In this document: positions 10,765 through 20,356 of the stretch, one piece after another
Layout of the letters: each line of letters begins with the position of its first letter
How positions within the stretch are numbered: the first letter of the stretch is position 1
Source: a virus
Lineage: Duplodnaviria; Caudoviricetes
Length of the DNA: 59,827 nt
Direction: 5' to 3' (one strand)
Virus record (IMG/VR): IMGVR_UViG_3300042292_000091
Location: 1-59,827 of that record
Position numbers and translations under genes: made by a program
Notes under the pieces: model-generated
Database searches by the model: none
Seen by the model: the letters and a program-made list of their open reading frames with translations, nothing else
What the model was told of the DNA's origin: nothing

Positions 10765-10781
10765 AACCTTCTCATGGAAAC

Positions 10782-11093
10782 TTAAATCTTTTTGCCGATC
10801 ATTCCCTCTATGTAAGTTTTTGCGTGTTTGAGGCTTTTGACAGGCAGCACCCCGTCTCTCATGTCCTGCTCAACAAGGTGCATGAAGGCTTCAACGACCT
10901 TGCGTTTCGGCTCAAGCATGACCTGTCCACGGAACCATAAGTGAACCGTGTTACGCGAGACTTCAAGCGCGGGGGCTACGTAGGCTATAGGGAGATTTGC
11001 CTCAACACATAGGCGACCAAGCCGTACTCCTAACAGAGTAGAGTCGCCACTCTGCAATTTCAGTAACAACTTGTCGCCGTATGTGCGAGCCAT
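10782..11093 (-). CDS. HTH-like DNA-binding protein
   Basis: IAYVAPALEVSRNTVHLWFRG helix-turn-helix pattern. Confidence 0.65.
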   Translation of the reverse strand: MARTYGDKLLLKLQSGDSTLLGVRLGRLCVEANLPIAYVAPALEVSRNTVHLWFRGQVMLEPKRKVVEAFMHLVEQDMRDGVLPVKSLKHAKTYIEGMIGKKI

Positions 11094-11096
11094 GAA

Positions 11097-11957
11097 TCAA
11101 CCCTTCTTCGACCACTTCTTGATGACATCGGAAACGTCAGCCGCAGGAGCAGCGTTCTCCGTCTTCTTAGACTCTCTAACCACAGGCTCAGCCATCGCCG
11201 CCGGTCCAGTTGTAATCGGACCTTCCGGTGCTTCACCTTCGTCCTGCTGATACACGGTCAACTTGACAGCACTCTCCGCTGCCTTCGTTTCCTTCTGGCG
11301 CTGAACAGTTTCAGCGTCGCCCTCTGGCACAACCGCTGCCGGGGAGAACAGGAGTTTCGGTACAGGCGACTTCGTGTCGAACTGCATCTTCGTAACCACC
11401 CGACCCGCTGAGATGTTGTTATTGGCAAGCATCTGAATGTACGGACGGAACGGCCACTTACCCGCCTCTTCCTTACCAAAGCAAGACGTAGCCGGGAGAA
11501 CCAACTGCATCACATCGCCACCGGGGTCTTGCGGCAGAACCACCGCAGTACGCCACGACAGACGGCAAGCAGTGCCGCTACCGCCTTGACCGGAACCCTT
11601 CACCGACCACTGGCACGAATCGCAAGTAGACGCTTGCGGGTTCTTTACCTCGGGGTCAGGGGTCTTGGAGTCAGACGACCAACAGACAGGAGCGATCTTC
11701 TCGCCTTCCTTGTAAGCACCCGTGTAGTAGGTGCGACTCGGATTGTGAGCCATCTTCACAAAGATCACGTTCATGTGCCGATCTTCGATGGAACCAATCT
11801 CCTTGCCACCGGCCATCTTACGGAACACGCCGCCCTTGATGGAGATACGCTTGGATAGGCCACCACCGCCACCGGCAACGGCGCGTGTATCGTCATCGAC
11901 GCCGCCTTGGATAGCAGCAAGTTCGCTCTTCAAATTTGCAATGATATCGTTACTCAT
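11097..11957 (-). CDS. Putative ssDNA-binding/replication accessory protein
   Basis: Located between helicase and primase; CxxC/C motifs (CWS, CDSC, ACR), low-complexity tail ending DVIKKW; start taken at MSNDII. Confidence 0.55.
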   Translation of the reverse strand: MSNDIIANLKSELAAIQGGVDDDTRAVAGGGGGLSKRISIKGGVFRKMAGGKEIGSIEDRHMNVIFVKMAHNPSRTYYTGAYKEGEKIAPVCWSSDSKTPDPEVKNPQASTCDSCQWSVKGSGQGGSGTACRLSWRTAVVLPQDPGGDVMQLVLPATSCFGKEEAGKWPFRPYIQMLANNNISAGRVVTKMQFDTKSPVPKLLFSPAAVVPEGDAETVQRQKETKAAESAVKLTVYQQDEGEAPEGPITTGPAAMAEPVVRESKKTENAAPAADVSDVIKKWSKKG

Positions 11958-11961
11958 GTTT

Positions 11962-12363
11962 TTACCTACTGGCTTTACGTACTGAAACACCATACTCACG
12001 CATCACATTTACACCCGGCGGCAGACCATCCATAGCGGTCTCCGCAAGGAACTGTTTGAAGTTGCTCTGATGGATGCGTCTCTCAAGCAACTGAACGGCT
12101 TCAGCATCTAAAACAAACTTATAAAAGTTATCCCAGTCTTGGCAGAAGAAGCGTTCATTTAGCTTCCGCATGACTGTGCCGTGCTTGGTCTTGATGCTAT
12201 CGGCATTGACTGCGTTACACATCTCAAGCATCACGGCTTCCAACTTCGACATATCTTCTTTCAACTTCGCGTCGGCTACTTCGTATTCCCGCAATAGCCG
12301 GTCACGTTCGGTGCGTATCAAAAGATACGCTTCAACTAATTCGTCTGTATTTCCCACTGTCAT
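11962..12363 (-). CDS. Conserved phage protein of the replication module
   Basis: Coupled ORF; DWDNFYKFV...LLERRI...PPGVN pattern common in phage replication modules. Confidence 0.65.
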   Translation of the reverse strand: MTVGNTDELVEAYLLIRTERDRLLREYEVADAKLKEDMSKLEAVMLEMCNAVNADSIKTKHGTVMRKLNERFFCQDWDNFYKFVLDAEAVQLLERRIHQSNFKQFLAETAMDGLPPGVNVMREYGVSVRKASR

Positions 12364-13946
12364 ATCTCCTCTAACTCCTGTTTGTACAGGTCTACTAACT
12401 TTTGATGACTATCTACTTTACCTTGCAGCATCTCGTACATCTTTCGTTCGACTTCCGAGCCACGCAAATGCACCACTAACATCTTGTTGACTTGACCATA
12501 TCTTTCGATACGGGCTACGCACTGTAGATACGTTTCAACTGACATTACCGGAGACCAAAAAACTACCGTATCAGCAGCCGTCAAAGTAATCCCATGCGCT
12601 GCCGATTGCGGTTGAATAATCAACACTCTTGGATCGTTCGCAGTCTGAAAGCGGTTGATAATCTCTGATCGCTCTCTTGCCGAAACTGACCCCATGATCA
12701 CTTCATTCGACACGCCCTCGTTACGCAAGTAATCGCCTACGATTTGGATTGAATGAAGGAACGGAACGAATACTACAACCTTGTTTGTAGTTTCTTCAAG
12801 CACTTCTTTGAGCGCATGAAGTCGAGGCGAGATGTCGAACTGCACGATGTCGTGCTTGTCCGTGTACACCGCACCCGCTGATATCTGTAATAGTTTATTT
12901 AGAGACGCCGCTGCGTTGACGGCGGAGATTTGCTCTCCCGCTGCTTCTATGAGTAATTGCTTTTTTAACTCAAGGTAGTACTTCTGAACTTGTGGAGTCA
13001 GTGGTACATCACGTGTCTGGTAAACAACATCAGGCAGATCAAGACACTCTTTCTTTGTATACCGCACCGCCGGTTGCAATGCCCGATACACTTCATCGGT
13101 TGCAACATTCTTCGGAACCCACTTGAACTTACTCACCTGTACCATGACGCGATCACGCCATGCGGTTGAGAACTTGGGCACACGACCGGGGCTAACTAAC
13201 TTAGCCAAACCAAACGCATCAACCGGCGATTGCGCTGCCGGTGTGCCGGTCATCATCCACAACCACGTGGTCGGTTCAACTAGTTTGGCAAGGGTCTTCC
13301 ACCGCCGAGTCGTTGAACTCTTATAAGCGTTGGCCTCGTCCACGATAATTAGATCAAACTTGGCTTGCATCAGTTCAGGTAAGATTACCGTCGTGCCATC
13401 GTAGTTAATGATCGTAAAATCAAAGTTCTCTTCTAATATCTTCTTACGCTTCGATGATGATCCGTGTGCGACGCCACACGTTCGATGAATGGCTGTCTTC
13501 ATGATGTCGGCTTGCCATGCGGAATACATGATCGACAGGGGGCAGATCACCAGAACTTTCTTGATGATGCCCCGTTTCATTAGGTAGTCAGCAGCCCATA
13601 CTGCCGCACTTGTCTTGCCTGTACCCGCTTCGTTAAAGCAGAAGGCTCGTTGCCTAATAGACAAGAACTGCGCTGTGTCGCGCTGATGGTCAAAGGGTTT
13701 GTAGAACCCCGGCCAATCGTAGTCCCGCTCCATCGGAGAAGGAATCTTTGGCACGTTCTGACTAGGCAGGAAATGATCTAAGTATTCAGCGAGGACTTTC
13801 ATCTCGCTGTGATCCCAACAAATCAGTACGTCTTTACTGTGTTTGTTGTCCCGAATAATTTCGGTTCGTTCTAATCGCGCCGTAATTTCGGCGGCGAAAC
13901 TGTTCGACACGGTAAGTTTTACCGCTGCGTTCTCAACTAATTCCAT
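12360..13946 (-). CDS. SNF2-family (SF2) helicase
   Basis: EAGTGKT Walker A, IIVDEA Walker B, MTGTP motif III, HGITLTAA and ARIERYGQ motifs V/VI. Confidence 0.9.
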   Translation of the reverse strand: MELVENAAVKLTVSNSFAAEITARLERTEIIRDNKHSKDVLICWDHSEMKVLAEYLDHFLPSQNVPKIPSPMERDYDWPGFYKPFDHQRDTAQFLSIRQRAFCFNEAGTGKTSAAVWAADYLMKRGIIKKVLVICPLSIMYSAWQADIMKTAIHRTCGVAHGSSSKRKKILEENFDFTIINYDGTTVILPELMQAKFDLIIVDEANAYKSSTTRRWKTLAKLVEPTTWLWMMTGTPAAQSPVDAFGLAKLVSPGRVPKFSTAWRDRVMVQVSKFKWVPKNVATDEVYRALQPAVRYTKKECLDLPDVVYQTRDVPLTPQVQKYYLELKKQLLIEAAGEQISAVNAAASLNKLLQISAGAVYTDKHDIVQFDISPRLHALKEVLEETTNKVVVFVPFLHSIQIVGDYLRNEGVSNEVIMGSVSARERSEIINRFQTANDPRVLIIQPQSAAHGITLTAADTVVFWSPVMSVETYLQCVARIERYGQVNKMLVVHLRGSEVERKMYEMLQGKVDSHQKLVDLYKQELEEI

Positions 13947-13968
13947 ACTGTACCTACTGAATTAAAGA

Positions 13969-14101
13969 GCCCGTATCGTGGGCCAGACGGTTAGCGCCTA
14001 GGCAAGGAGTGGGCGGTAGCGGCCCAACCTATCGCTAACAGACGCAGTTATTGTGGGGGAGAAGTGGGTGGTAGAAACTCCCCGACAGCACACTTGCGTC
14101 T
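13969..14101 (-). ncRNA. Candidate three-stem structured RNA upstream of the helicase
   Basis: Complementary arms GCCC/GGGC, GTTAGCG/CGCTAAC, AGACGCA/TGCGTCT, GGGGAG/CTCCCC fill the intergenic gap; strand inferred from flanking genes. Confidence 0.4.
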
Positions 14102-14107
14102 TGTGCA

Positions 14108-14362
14108 TTATTTCATAGCACCGCTTGAAGTTCTACGGAAGGAACGATTTTTTGAGGGTGATTGCAATCGTGTTCCCGTTGCGTTGCTGCCACCTTTTGA
14201 CAGTGCCTTTACGTGGGCAATGTCTTTACCTTTTCGGCTAATACCTTTTTTATCGTAACTACGACGCGCACGCTGCCGCTCCATGCGGTTCTCGTGTTCA
14301 TCACGCTCAACCTGTTGCTTGTATTCTTTTTTGTAAGGCCGTGCCTTGTTTACGTATGGCAT
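14108..14362 (-). CDS. Small HNH-like endonuclease
   Basis: KDIAHVKALSKGGSN...SKNRS pattern; start taken at MPYVNK. Confidence 0.6.
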   Translation of the reverse strand: MPYVNKARPYKKEYKQQVERDEHENRMERQRARRSYDKKGISRKGKDIAHVKALSKGGSNATGTRLQSPSKNRSFRRTSSGAMK

Positions 14363-14363
14363 C

Positions 14364-15017
14364 TCATCGCTCCTTATAAAATTTGCACGTGGTGACGGGA
14401 CACCATCCACACAACCCACCGGGCTTTGCCATCCACATACTGTTTGTGAAGGCCATCTCCAGTTGGTCTAAATGCGGCAAGAAGGTTTCCCATAACTTAC
14501 CTGTCTGGTCCCGTGTGTACTCTTCATTAACGAAACTATTATGCATCACAAATAGCAGGCCAGCCTTGATCCGCTCAACCTGTGGGAAGTGAGCGTAAGT
14601 CATCAACGCCATCAACTTTAATTGCTTCGGATCAGGATAGCGGTTGCTGCCGGTTTTGTAGTCAATGATGTAAGCATCGGCTCCATCTACTACCAATAAG
14701 TCAACGATACCCCGCACCCACCTAGTATCGGAATTAAACGCGCAAGGCTCCCGATCCCGTGTGAGCGCCATCTCATATTCGCAATATCTATCACCATCAA
14801 TCTCTAGCAACGCATCGAGAGGTGGCTGAAATCGCTTATAGTTTTTAACTAGTGGCACAGCCTTACAAACATAATCCTCCAACGCCTTGTGTACTTCTGA
14901 CCCGTACAACATCTGTTCGGATGCTTTCTTGGTAAAGTCCTGCGCTACCTTGGTGTGGTAGTACTGCTTCGGGCAGTTGATAAAGTCCTTAAGACTACTG
15001 AATGACCACTGAATCAT
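14364..15017 (-). CDS. PD-(D/E)XK exonuclease (RecB/Cas4-like)
   Basis: WSFSSLKDFINCP, GIVDLL, IIDYKTG, QLKLMA, C-terminal CGWCPVTTC. Confidence 0.85.
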   Translation of the reverse strand: MIQWSFSSLKDFINCPKQYYHTKVAQDFTKKASEQMLYGSEVHKALEDYVCKAVPLVKNYKRFQPPLDALLEIDGDRYCEYEMALTRDREPCAFNSDTRWVRGIVDLLVVDGADAYIIDYKTGSNRYPDPKQLKLMALMTYAHFPQVERIKAGLLFVMHNSFVNEEYTRDQTGKLWETFLPHLDQLEMAFTNSMWMAKPGGLCGWCPVTTCKFYKER

Positions 15018-16876
15018 TAACAATCCCCGTACGACTCGCCGTACTTGGCCTCGCAAGACACAGGCAAACCCTCTGCCCAACTTGGAGGAGTAGACATGAC
15101 TTGTACTATAAAGGCAACCGCTTCCTCGACCTCTTCTTTCCGAGCCACGATTACCGCTGCGTCATGCACGGTCAAGACAGGTCGATAGCGTTCTCGTATC
15201 TTGAGCATCTGCTCACCGACGATGATCCGAGCCAAGGCTTGCACGATGTTCTCTACCATCGCGCCTCCCCATATCGAAGTTACCCCTTTACGCGATTTGT
15301 AAATGTATTTCTTGTCGCTCAAACGTAGGTCGGGGTATCGTATAAACAATTCATTTGGGAGACGGATACCCGACGCGGTAGCCCATACACACTTGTGTTT
15401 GCCCATAGCATAAGACTTTAAATTGCTAGGCCACGACGAAAAGTGCTGGAGCGCACTATCGCAATCTCGCCATAAGTCCGTGATCATGTGGTTGGAATCA
15501 CGGTAAATATCGACGATGCGCTTGCACTCTTCCTCGGGCAAGTCAGCACCCGGCGGCTGCGTCTTGAGTGTGTGCTGTAACTTTTTAGCCCCTGTGCCGT
15601 AGCCCAATCCCAAGATACAAGTCTTGCCGACGAACCGTTCAACGGGGTTCGCCTTGCTAATGGGCTTTTTATAAATCTTCGACGCAAAGATCGAATACAC
15701 ATCCTCGCCCTTGGCGAACTGTGCAGTGACATCATCCTGTCCCGCTAACCATGCAAGGACACGCGCCTCAATCTGAGAAGAGTCACAGTTGATAACGACA
15801 TGACCAGCAGGGGCCGCGATAGAGTTCTTCAGCGTTTTCTTTTTCTTATCACGGCTCGGAAGGTTTTGAAAATTGACTGAATCCGTTCCTGCCCAACGGC
15901 CTGTGTGAGCGCCGTAATACTTGAGCGGGATAGGTATCCTGCCGCCATTCCTAGCACCAATACCGATAAAGCGTTCAATGCGTGACTCCTCAATAGTGGA
16001 CTTCGTACCCAACCGGACTGAGCAGAGTTGCTGAATGAGCGGGTCTTCATGTTCTAAGAGTTCAATAAACCCCTCGTCATTTTTAGCAAGTGCATACGTT
16101 TCTTTACCGGTTGTTGGACTAATTTTCATTGGCACAGGAATGCTGAGTTCCTTCAGTATCGCTGCAAACTGCGGATTACTTGCCAACTTCGCCCGGACTT
16201 CTTCCTCGTTCCCAACTTGCAGAACGCCCATCAAACCACCAAGAAGTTCTTTCTTCTCAGCCTTGATCTCCTCAAGACGTTCAACAAGCATCGCGTCATT
16301 CACCGTCAATACCGGCTGCGTATACATACGCAGAGTCATGTCAATCAGGTCTAACTCTGACTGCGGGAAATGATCCGCGATAAAAAGGTTGAAAAGTTTG
16401 AAAGTAAGATCGACATCGTTAATGCAATAATCCCCGTAACGATTAAGATCAGCAGGAGAAAAATCCTGCCGACGCTTACCCAAGGCTTCGATAACTTCTG
16501 TTCCCTTTTGGCCCAAACCATACATTTTCACCAAGTTGGCTAGAGACCCGCTTACATCAACGCCGTGCTTAGCCCGTGCCATGCACAGGGTGTCAAAGTA
16601 GTAAGCAGGGGTAATTCCAAAAACAAACGATAAAATAGCCCCGTCAAACATCGCGTTATGGCAGAGCAGTGCTGACTCGTCCCAATTTACTTGATTAAGC
16701 CACGCCTTGATTTCATCCTTGGTCCCGCTAAACCACACGGTCTTGTCATCGTCGATCTTCATCGCCACGCCGATGACTTCAAACAACGGACTACGTATGT
16801 ATTCTTCGGTTGTGGCCCGGCTCAGACTAAACTGTTGCGAGTAATAAGTTTCAAAGTCCAATGTCACGAAACTCAT
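15017..16876 (-). CDS. polA: Family A DNA polymerase with 3'-5' exonuclease domain
   Basis: LDFET exo I, HNAMFD exo II, HTGRW, DSSQIEARVLAWL motif A, KTCILGLGYG motif B, TVHDA motif C. Confidence 0.92.
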   Translation of the reverse strand: MSFVTLDFETYYSQQFSLSRATTEEYIRSPLFEVIGVAMKIDDDKTVWFSGTKDEIKAWLNQVNWDESALLCHNAMFDGAILSFVFGITPAYYFDTLCMARAKHGVDVSGSLANLVKMYGLGQKGTEVIEALGKRRQDFSPADLNRYGDYCINDVDLTFKLFNLFIADHFPQSELDLIDMTLRMYTQPVLTVNDAMLVERLEEIKAEKKELLGGLMGVLQVGNEEEVRAKLASNPQFAAILKELSIPVPMKISPTTGKETYALAKNDEGFIELLEHEDPLIQQLCSVRLGTKSTIEESRIERFIGIGARNGGRIPIPLKYYGAHTGRWAGTDSVNFQNLPSRDKKKKTLKNSIAAPAGHVVINCDSSQIEARVLAWLAGQDDVTAQFAKGEDVYSIFASKIYKKPISKANPVERFVGKTCILGLGYGTGAKKLQHTLKTQPPGADLPEEECKRIVDIYRDSNHMITDLWRDCDSALQHFSSWPSNLKSYAMGKHKCVWATASGIRLPNELFIRYPDLRLSDKKYIYKSRKGVTSIWGGAMVENIVQALARIIVGEQMLKIRERYRPVLTVHDAAVIVARKEEVEEAVAFIVQVMSTPPSWAEGLPVSCEAKYGESYGDC

Positions 16877-17415
16877 GGATCAACGCTCCACGTTTCCGTC
16901 TGCCGCTCAAGTCTCGGCCATTCAGATGTCGTGATAAAAGACTTATCCTGCACAAGGATGTGATTAGTCGGCTGTGCTGTAAATCTGCCGTTGTCTAACT
17001 TAATAAAGTAAAACTCTTTCGATTGCTCTGGCTCCAGACTGAACCCGTCGAGCATAGGTACGGCGGTAAACATATACCGCCCAGTTAGTTCTACTTTGGA
17101 GCGCAACTTAACGCGCAGAGGAACGGCTTCAAGAAACGGGTACTCCACCATGCTGAAGTGGTATCCGTAACAGTCCCATGTTTGTGCGTCAGAAGGAGCC
17201 CAAGGCGTTTCCAAAGTTTTATGTGCTAGTCGATGCAGCGGCACATTGCGGTATACCGCTCCGCATTCAAGCATCACATGGCATCCCCACGTGCGACCGG
17301 GATGGCTGACTAAACCAAACCACGACACGCGCAGCCAATCGCCGTTACCGAAAGTGTGCGGCTGAACGTAGCAATACGTATGTCGGGGCAACGGCCCCGC
17401 GCCTGAGTAAATCAT
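16873..17415 (-). CDS. Hypothetical phage protein
   Basis: 180-aa ORF with 4-bp overlap to polA. Confidence 0.65.
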   Translation of the reverse strand: MIYSGAGPLPRHTYCYVQPHTFGNGDWLRVSWFGLVSHPGRTWGCHVMLECGAVYRNVPLHRLAHKTLETPWAPSDAQTWDCYGYHFSMVEYPFLEAVPLRVKLRSKVELTGRYMFTAVPMLDGFSLEPEQSKEFYFIKLDNGRFTAQPTNHILVQDKSFITTSEWPRLERQTETWSVDP

Positions 17416-17594
17416 CGTCTCTTACCACCCCTTTTTAACTTCGCGTTTTCATCGCGTAGTCGTTTGATCTCGTGGTAACACTCCCACAAGACGCTGCCCA
17501 CTGTCAAGAATTTGAATTCAGTCGTTGTCGATGCGTTGTTGATTTCATCTGGCAATGCCCGAATCAAATCTAAAATATCATCTTCAGTCTCCAT
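17412..17594 (-). CDS. Hypothetical protein
   Basis: Overlap-coupled small ORF, C-terminal coiled coil. Confidence 0.55.
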   Translation of the reverse strand: METEDDILDLIRALPDEINNASTTTEFKFLTVGSVLWECYHEIKRLRDENAKLKRGGKRR

Positions 17595-18369
17595 CTACCA
17601 CCTCACCCTTTTTATTTTTGGGTAGCCGCAAGTTTCTTTGGTGTGGGTAAATAAATTTATTACCATAGATATCTTCTCCCTTGTGATACCTACGTCCCAC
17701 TCCGTGCGGCTTCTTCGGATCTTCTTTAGACCTTTCTTCCCCAAATGCTTTTGCTGTGTTCTGTTCTGCTGCAATCTGTTCTTCAGTGAATAATTGCTCG
17801 GGGCCAATTAGTTTGTAGTTGTCTATGAATAGTCTTGGATAAGGCAGTACGGCAGAAAGTACATCGCCTTTCTTGACTTCGATCAACGAGTTAGCGCGTG
17901 TCACCCTAATGTTGAATGTAAAGTCTCGACGTAAGTTATCAGTTTCGATAACTCCGACCATGTTCTGAAGCCCATCAATGCCCATGTTCGGTGGCTGCAT
18001 TGTCATCAGACTGACGTTAGGCGGGGTGCGTAAAGAGAAAGCAGTCTGAACCGTGAACGTCCCCATTCCAAAGTGTGCTTTGACAGACTGAAGATTAGAA
18101 TTTTCTCTATAAAATTCGTCATCGTGAATTGCGATCTTAACGTCATCAGGATTTTTGCCGCCCGTCCACCAAACAGAGAAGTCATACAAGGACTTGACTC
18201 CGAATCCATGTTGATTGCCGATAACTAAAGGAAGGCAGCGGTAGGCGTGTTCGATAAACCAATCCCGAGTCACCATTCCGTTAAAATTAAAGAAAACTTC
18301 ATCGTGACGGTTTCTAAACCGATTGTCGTAAGGAATTGCAACAATCGTACTTTCTGGTACGACGATCAC
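17584..18369 (-). CDS. DUF6065-like protein
   Basis: HAYRCLPLVIGNQHG, HFGMGTFT, GVIETD motifs; family often beside 2OG oxygenases. Confidence 0.6.
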   Translation of the reverse strand: MIVVPESTIVAIPYDNRFRNRHDEVFFNFNGMVTRDWFIEHAYRCLPLVIGNQHGFGVKSLYDFSVWWTGGKNPDDVKIAIHDDEFYRENSNLQSVKAHFGMGTFTVQTAFSLRTPPNVSLMTMQPPNMGIDGLQNMVGVIETDNLRRDFTFNIRVTRANSLIEVKKGDVLSAVLPYPRLFIDNYKLIGPEQLFTEEQIAAEQNTAKAFGEERSKEDPKKPHGVGRRYHKGEDIYGNKFIYPHQRNLRLPKNKKGEVVDGD

Positions 18370-18971
18370 ATCGCACCTCCAAACCTGTCGTGTTTGGTTT
18401 CATCAAAGGTTAAGAAACTTGCAATCGTATGTCTCATACCTTTCGTCACCGGACGTACCCCGTGCAAATAATGAAGAGTGCCGGGGAACATAATCAGCGA
18501 CCGAGCCTGTGGCTGAAGTTCAATGCCCAGATTAGGGAAGTGAATCTTTCCACCCTCGTAGTCTTCATTCAGATAAACCACAGCCGCAAAGTGCCGCCAC
18601 GGATACGGGTGAGGACTCCCGCCGGGATTCTCTGCATCAGCATGGGGATGAAGTTCATACCCAACCGGCCATCGTGCAAAATTAATTAGGTCAGAGTAGA
18701 GCGGAGGTTGCGAGCCTAAGTGTTCTTCTAGTTTGGAACGTAGGTGTTTAGCCATTCTCGTACGCATCTGCGTAAACTTTTCTTGAATGACCGGACTACC
18801 CGACTGTTGAATAGTCATCGTACGACCAAGCCAAAAGTTGCCCTCAACTAACGCGCCAAACTTACTTTCATTGTTGGATAAAAACGTCAGCAAATCTTCG
18901 CATTCATTGTCGCTAATAAATTCTTTAACTACCAAGGGAAAACAAGGTAGCCCTACCCACGGATATGTCAT
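18366..18971 (-). CDS. 2OG-Fe(II) oxygenase (prolyl 4-hydroxylase-like)
   Basis: HAD (HxD), YLNEDYEGG, HGVRPVTKGMRHT distal His/Arg. Confidence 0.88.
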   Translation of the reverse strand: MTYPWVGLPCFPLVVKEFISDNECEDLLTFLSNNESKFGALVEGNFWLGRTMTIQQSGSPVIQEKFTQMRTRMAKHLRSKLEEHLGSQPPLYSDLINFARWPVGYELHPHADAENPGGSPHPYPWRHFAAVVYLNEDYEGGKIHFPNLGIELQPQARSLIMFPGTLHYLHGVRPVTKGMRHTIASFLTFDETKHDRFGGAM

Positions 18972-19216
18972 GGTTTTTTAACCTTCCCACTCAAATACTC
19001 TAGTTCATTCCTCAAAGTAAGAAGCTCTAATGTAAGGACTGTAGCCTCGTTGGACAACCCCGCTCTCCGTATATTCTCTAAGGATCGCTCGACGAGCGTC
19101 TGCTGACTTTGACCATAACCCCAAGGGGCAGCTTTCATTTCGTCTTTCCACGCGCCGGGCGGGGATTGGTTGTCTACTGTTACGGTCTCTGCCTTCGGCT
19201 TTGATTCGTTCGTCAT
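18968..19216 (-). CDS. Hypothetical protein
   Basis: ATGA-coupled to the downstream oxygenase; overlaps ORF 19005..19427. Confidence 0.5.
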   Translation of the reverse strand: MTNESKPKAETVTVDNQSPPGAWKDEMKAAPWGYGQSQQTLVERSLENIRRAGLSNEATVLTLELLTLRNELEYLSGKVKKP

Positions 19217-19427
19217 ACTGTCTTATCCCTCGGTGAACAGCACCTGCCATGTGGTATTGAGGAATACCCCATAGCTCCACTAGGTCTTTGTATTTCACCC
19301 GCTCGTCGAGTTCCCGCGCCTTACGTTTGCGCTCTAACAGAAACTTGTACTGCTCGAATGTCAGAACCACATTGAACCTCGACAGCCTTGTGTAGACCTT
19401 ACCCTCTTTCTTTTTGTCTCGTGCCAT
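19005..19427 (-). CDS. Hypothetical protein
   Basis: Starts 10 bp after upstream stop; C-terminal half overlaps next gene in another frame. Confidence 0.5.
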   Translation of the reverse strand: MARDKKKEGKVYTRLSRFNVVLTFEQYKFLLERKRKARELDERVKYKDLVELWGIPQYHMAGAVHRGIRQYDERIKAEGRDRNSRQPIPARRVERRNESCPLGLWSKSADARRAILREYTESGVVQRGYSPYIRASYFEE

Positions 19428-19436
19428 CTCGCACCA

Positions 19437-20075
19437 TTAAAATTCTACCCATCCCGTGATGATGTATTTGTCACCCTTTAATGGGGGATTGCCGCGATGG
19501 GTATGCGTAAAGCCAGCAGGCCAAATCACCATGCGACCGGTCTTTGGCTGAACTCGTTTGCTTAAATACAGGAACTCAGTCTCTCCGCCTTCTTCAACGT
19601 CGTTCAGATAGAGAGTAAAAACAAGTACTCGGCTACGCTGCATTCTGGCGGTGTCTTCGGCGTGCCAAATGTGATACCCACCACCCGGCACAGTCTTTTG
19701 AATTTTAATTGTGTAAATCTTGTGCGGGTCTGACGTTTGCAGGATTGAATACTTCTCTGCATAAAGTGGGTAACAGATACTCCAAAAACCTGTATTAAAA
19801 TCGCCACACTCAATTCGGAGTTCATCGTTCGTATAGATCGAGCAATTCGGAAAGTCTACAGCCTGATCCTTATTAACATGAGACGGACGATCCATGCCCT
19901 GCACTCGGGAATACGACATCCCTGCTGAATCTATCTTGTCAAAGTACTTGATCCAGTTTTGGCAGTACTCGGCGGGGAACACGCCATCAAACACGCCAAC
20001 AAAGTCATCCGTAATTTTATAATCAAGAGTCGGGATTTTCTCCCGTAACTGCTGTTCAAGACTAGGCTTAACCAT
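19437..20075 (-). CDS. 2OG-Fe(II) oxygenase
   Basis: GGGYHIWHAE, YLNDVEEGGETEF, THTHRGNPP, KYIITGW. Confidence 0.9.
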   Translation of the reverse strand: MVKPSLEQQLREKIPTLDYKITDDFVGVFDGVFPAEYCQNWIKYFDKIDSAGMSYSRVQGMDRPSHVNKDQAVDFPNCSIYTNDELRIECGDFNTGFWSICYPLYAEKYSILQTSDPHKIYTIKIQKTVPGGGYHIWHAEDTARMQRSRVLVFTLYLNDVEEGGETEFLYLSKRVQPKTGRMVIWPAGFTHTHRGNPPLKGDKYIITGWVEF

Positions 20076-20355
20076 TTAAACACTCCTTCCTTGTTTGCTC
20101 TCGCACTAGCGTTAATAACTTACAGATAACTTGGCTTTGATTGCGTTCGCCTTCGTTACCGATCTTGTCATACTCTCTGGCAAAGTTTTCTATCGCTTCC
20201 CAGTTGATGTACTCAAGATCACCCGCGTCTCCAATTTTACACCACGTAACTTCATGTACGACCTGATTTGAATTAGGTTGTTTCTGCGTAGGTAGGATCA
20301 AATAAGTCGCGGTCTCACCCTCATCCAAGGGAACTGTATCGCCGTACTCACTCAT
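20068..20355 (-). CDS. Hypothetical protein
   Basis: Tightly packed ORF in operon. Confidence 0.55.
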   Translation of the reverse strand: MSEYGDTVPLDEGETATYLILPTQKQPNSNQVVHEVTWCKIGDAGDLEYINWEAIENFAREYDKIGNEGERNQSQVICKLLTLVREQTRKECLNG

Positions 20356-20356
20356 G

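Noticed and set aside
14364-15017. Cas4 partner for the array
   Set aside because: Cas4-like exonucleases are routine beside PolA in phage replication modules, and this one lies 9 kb away
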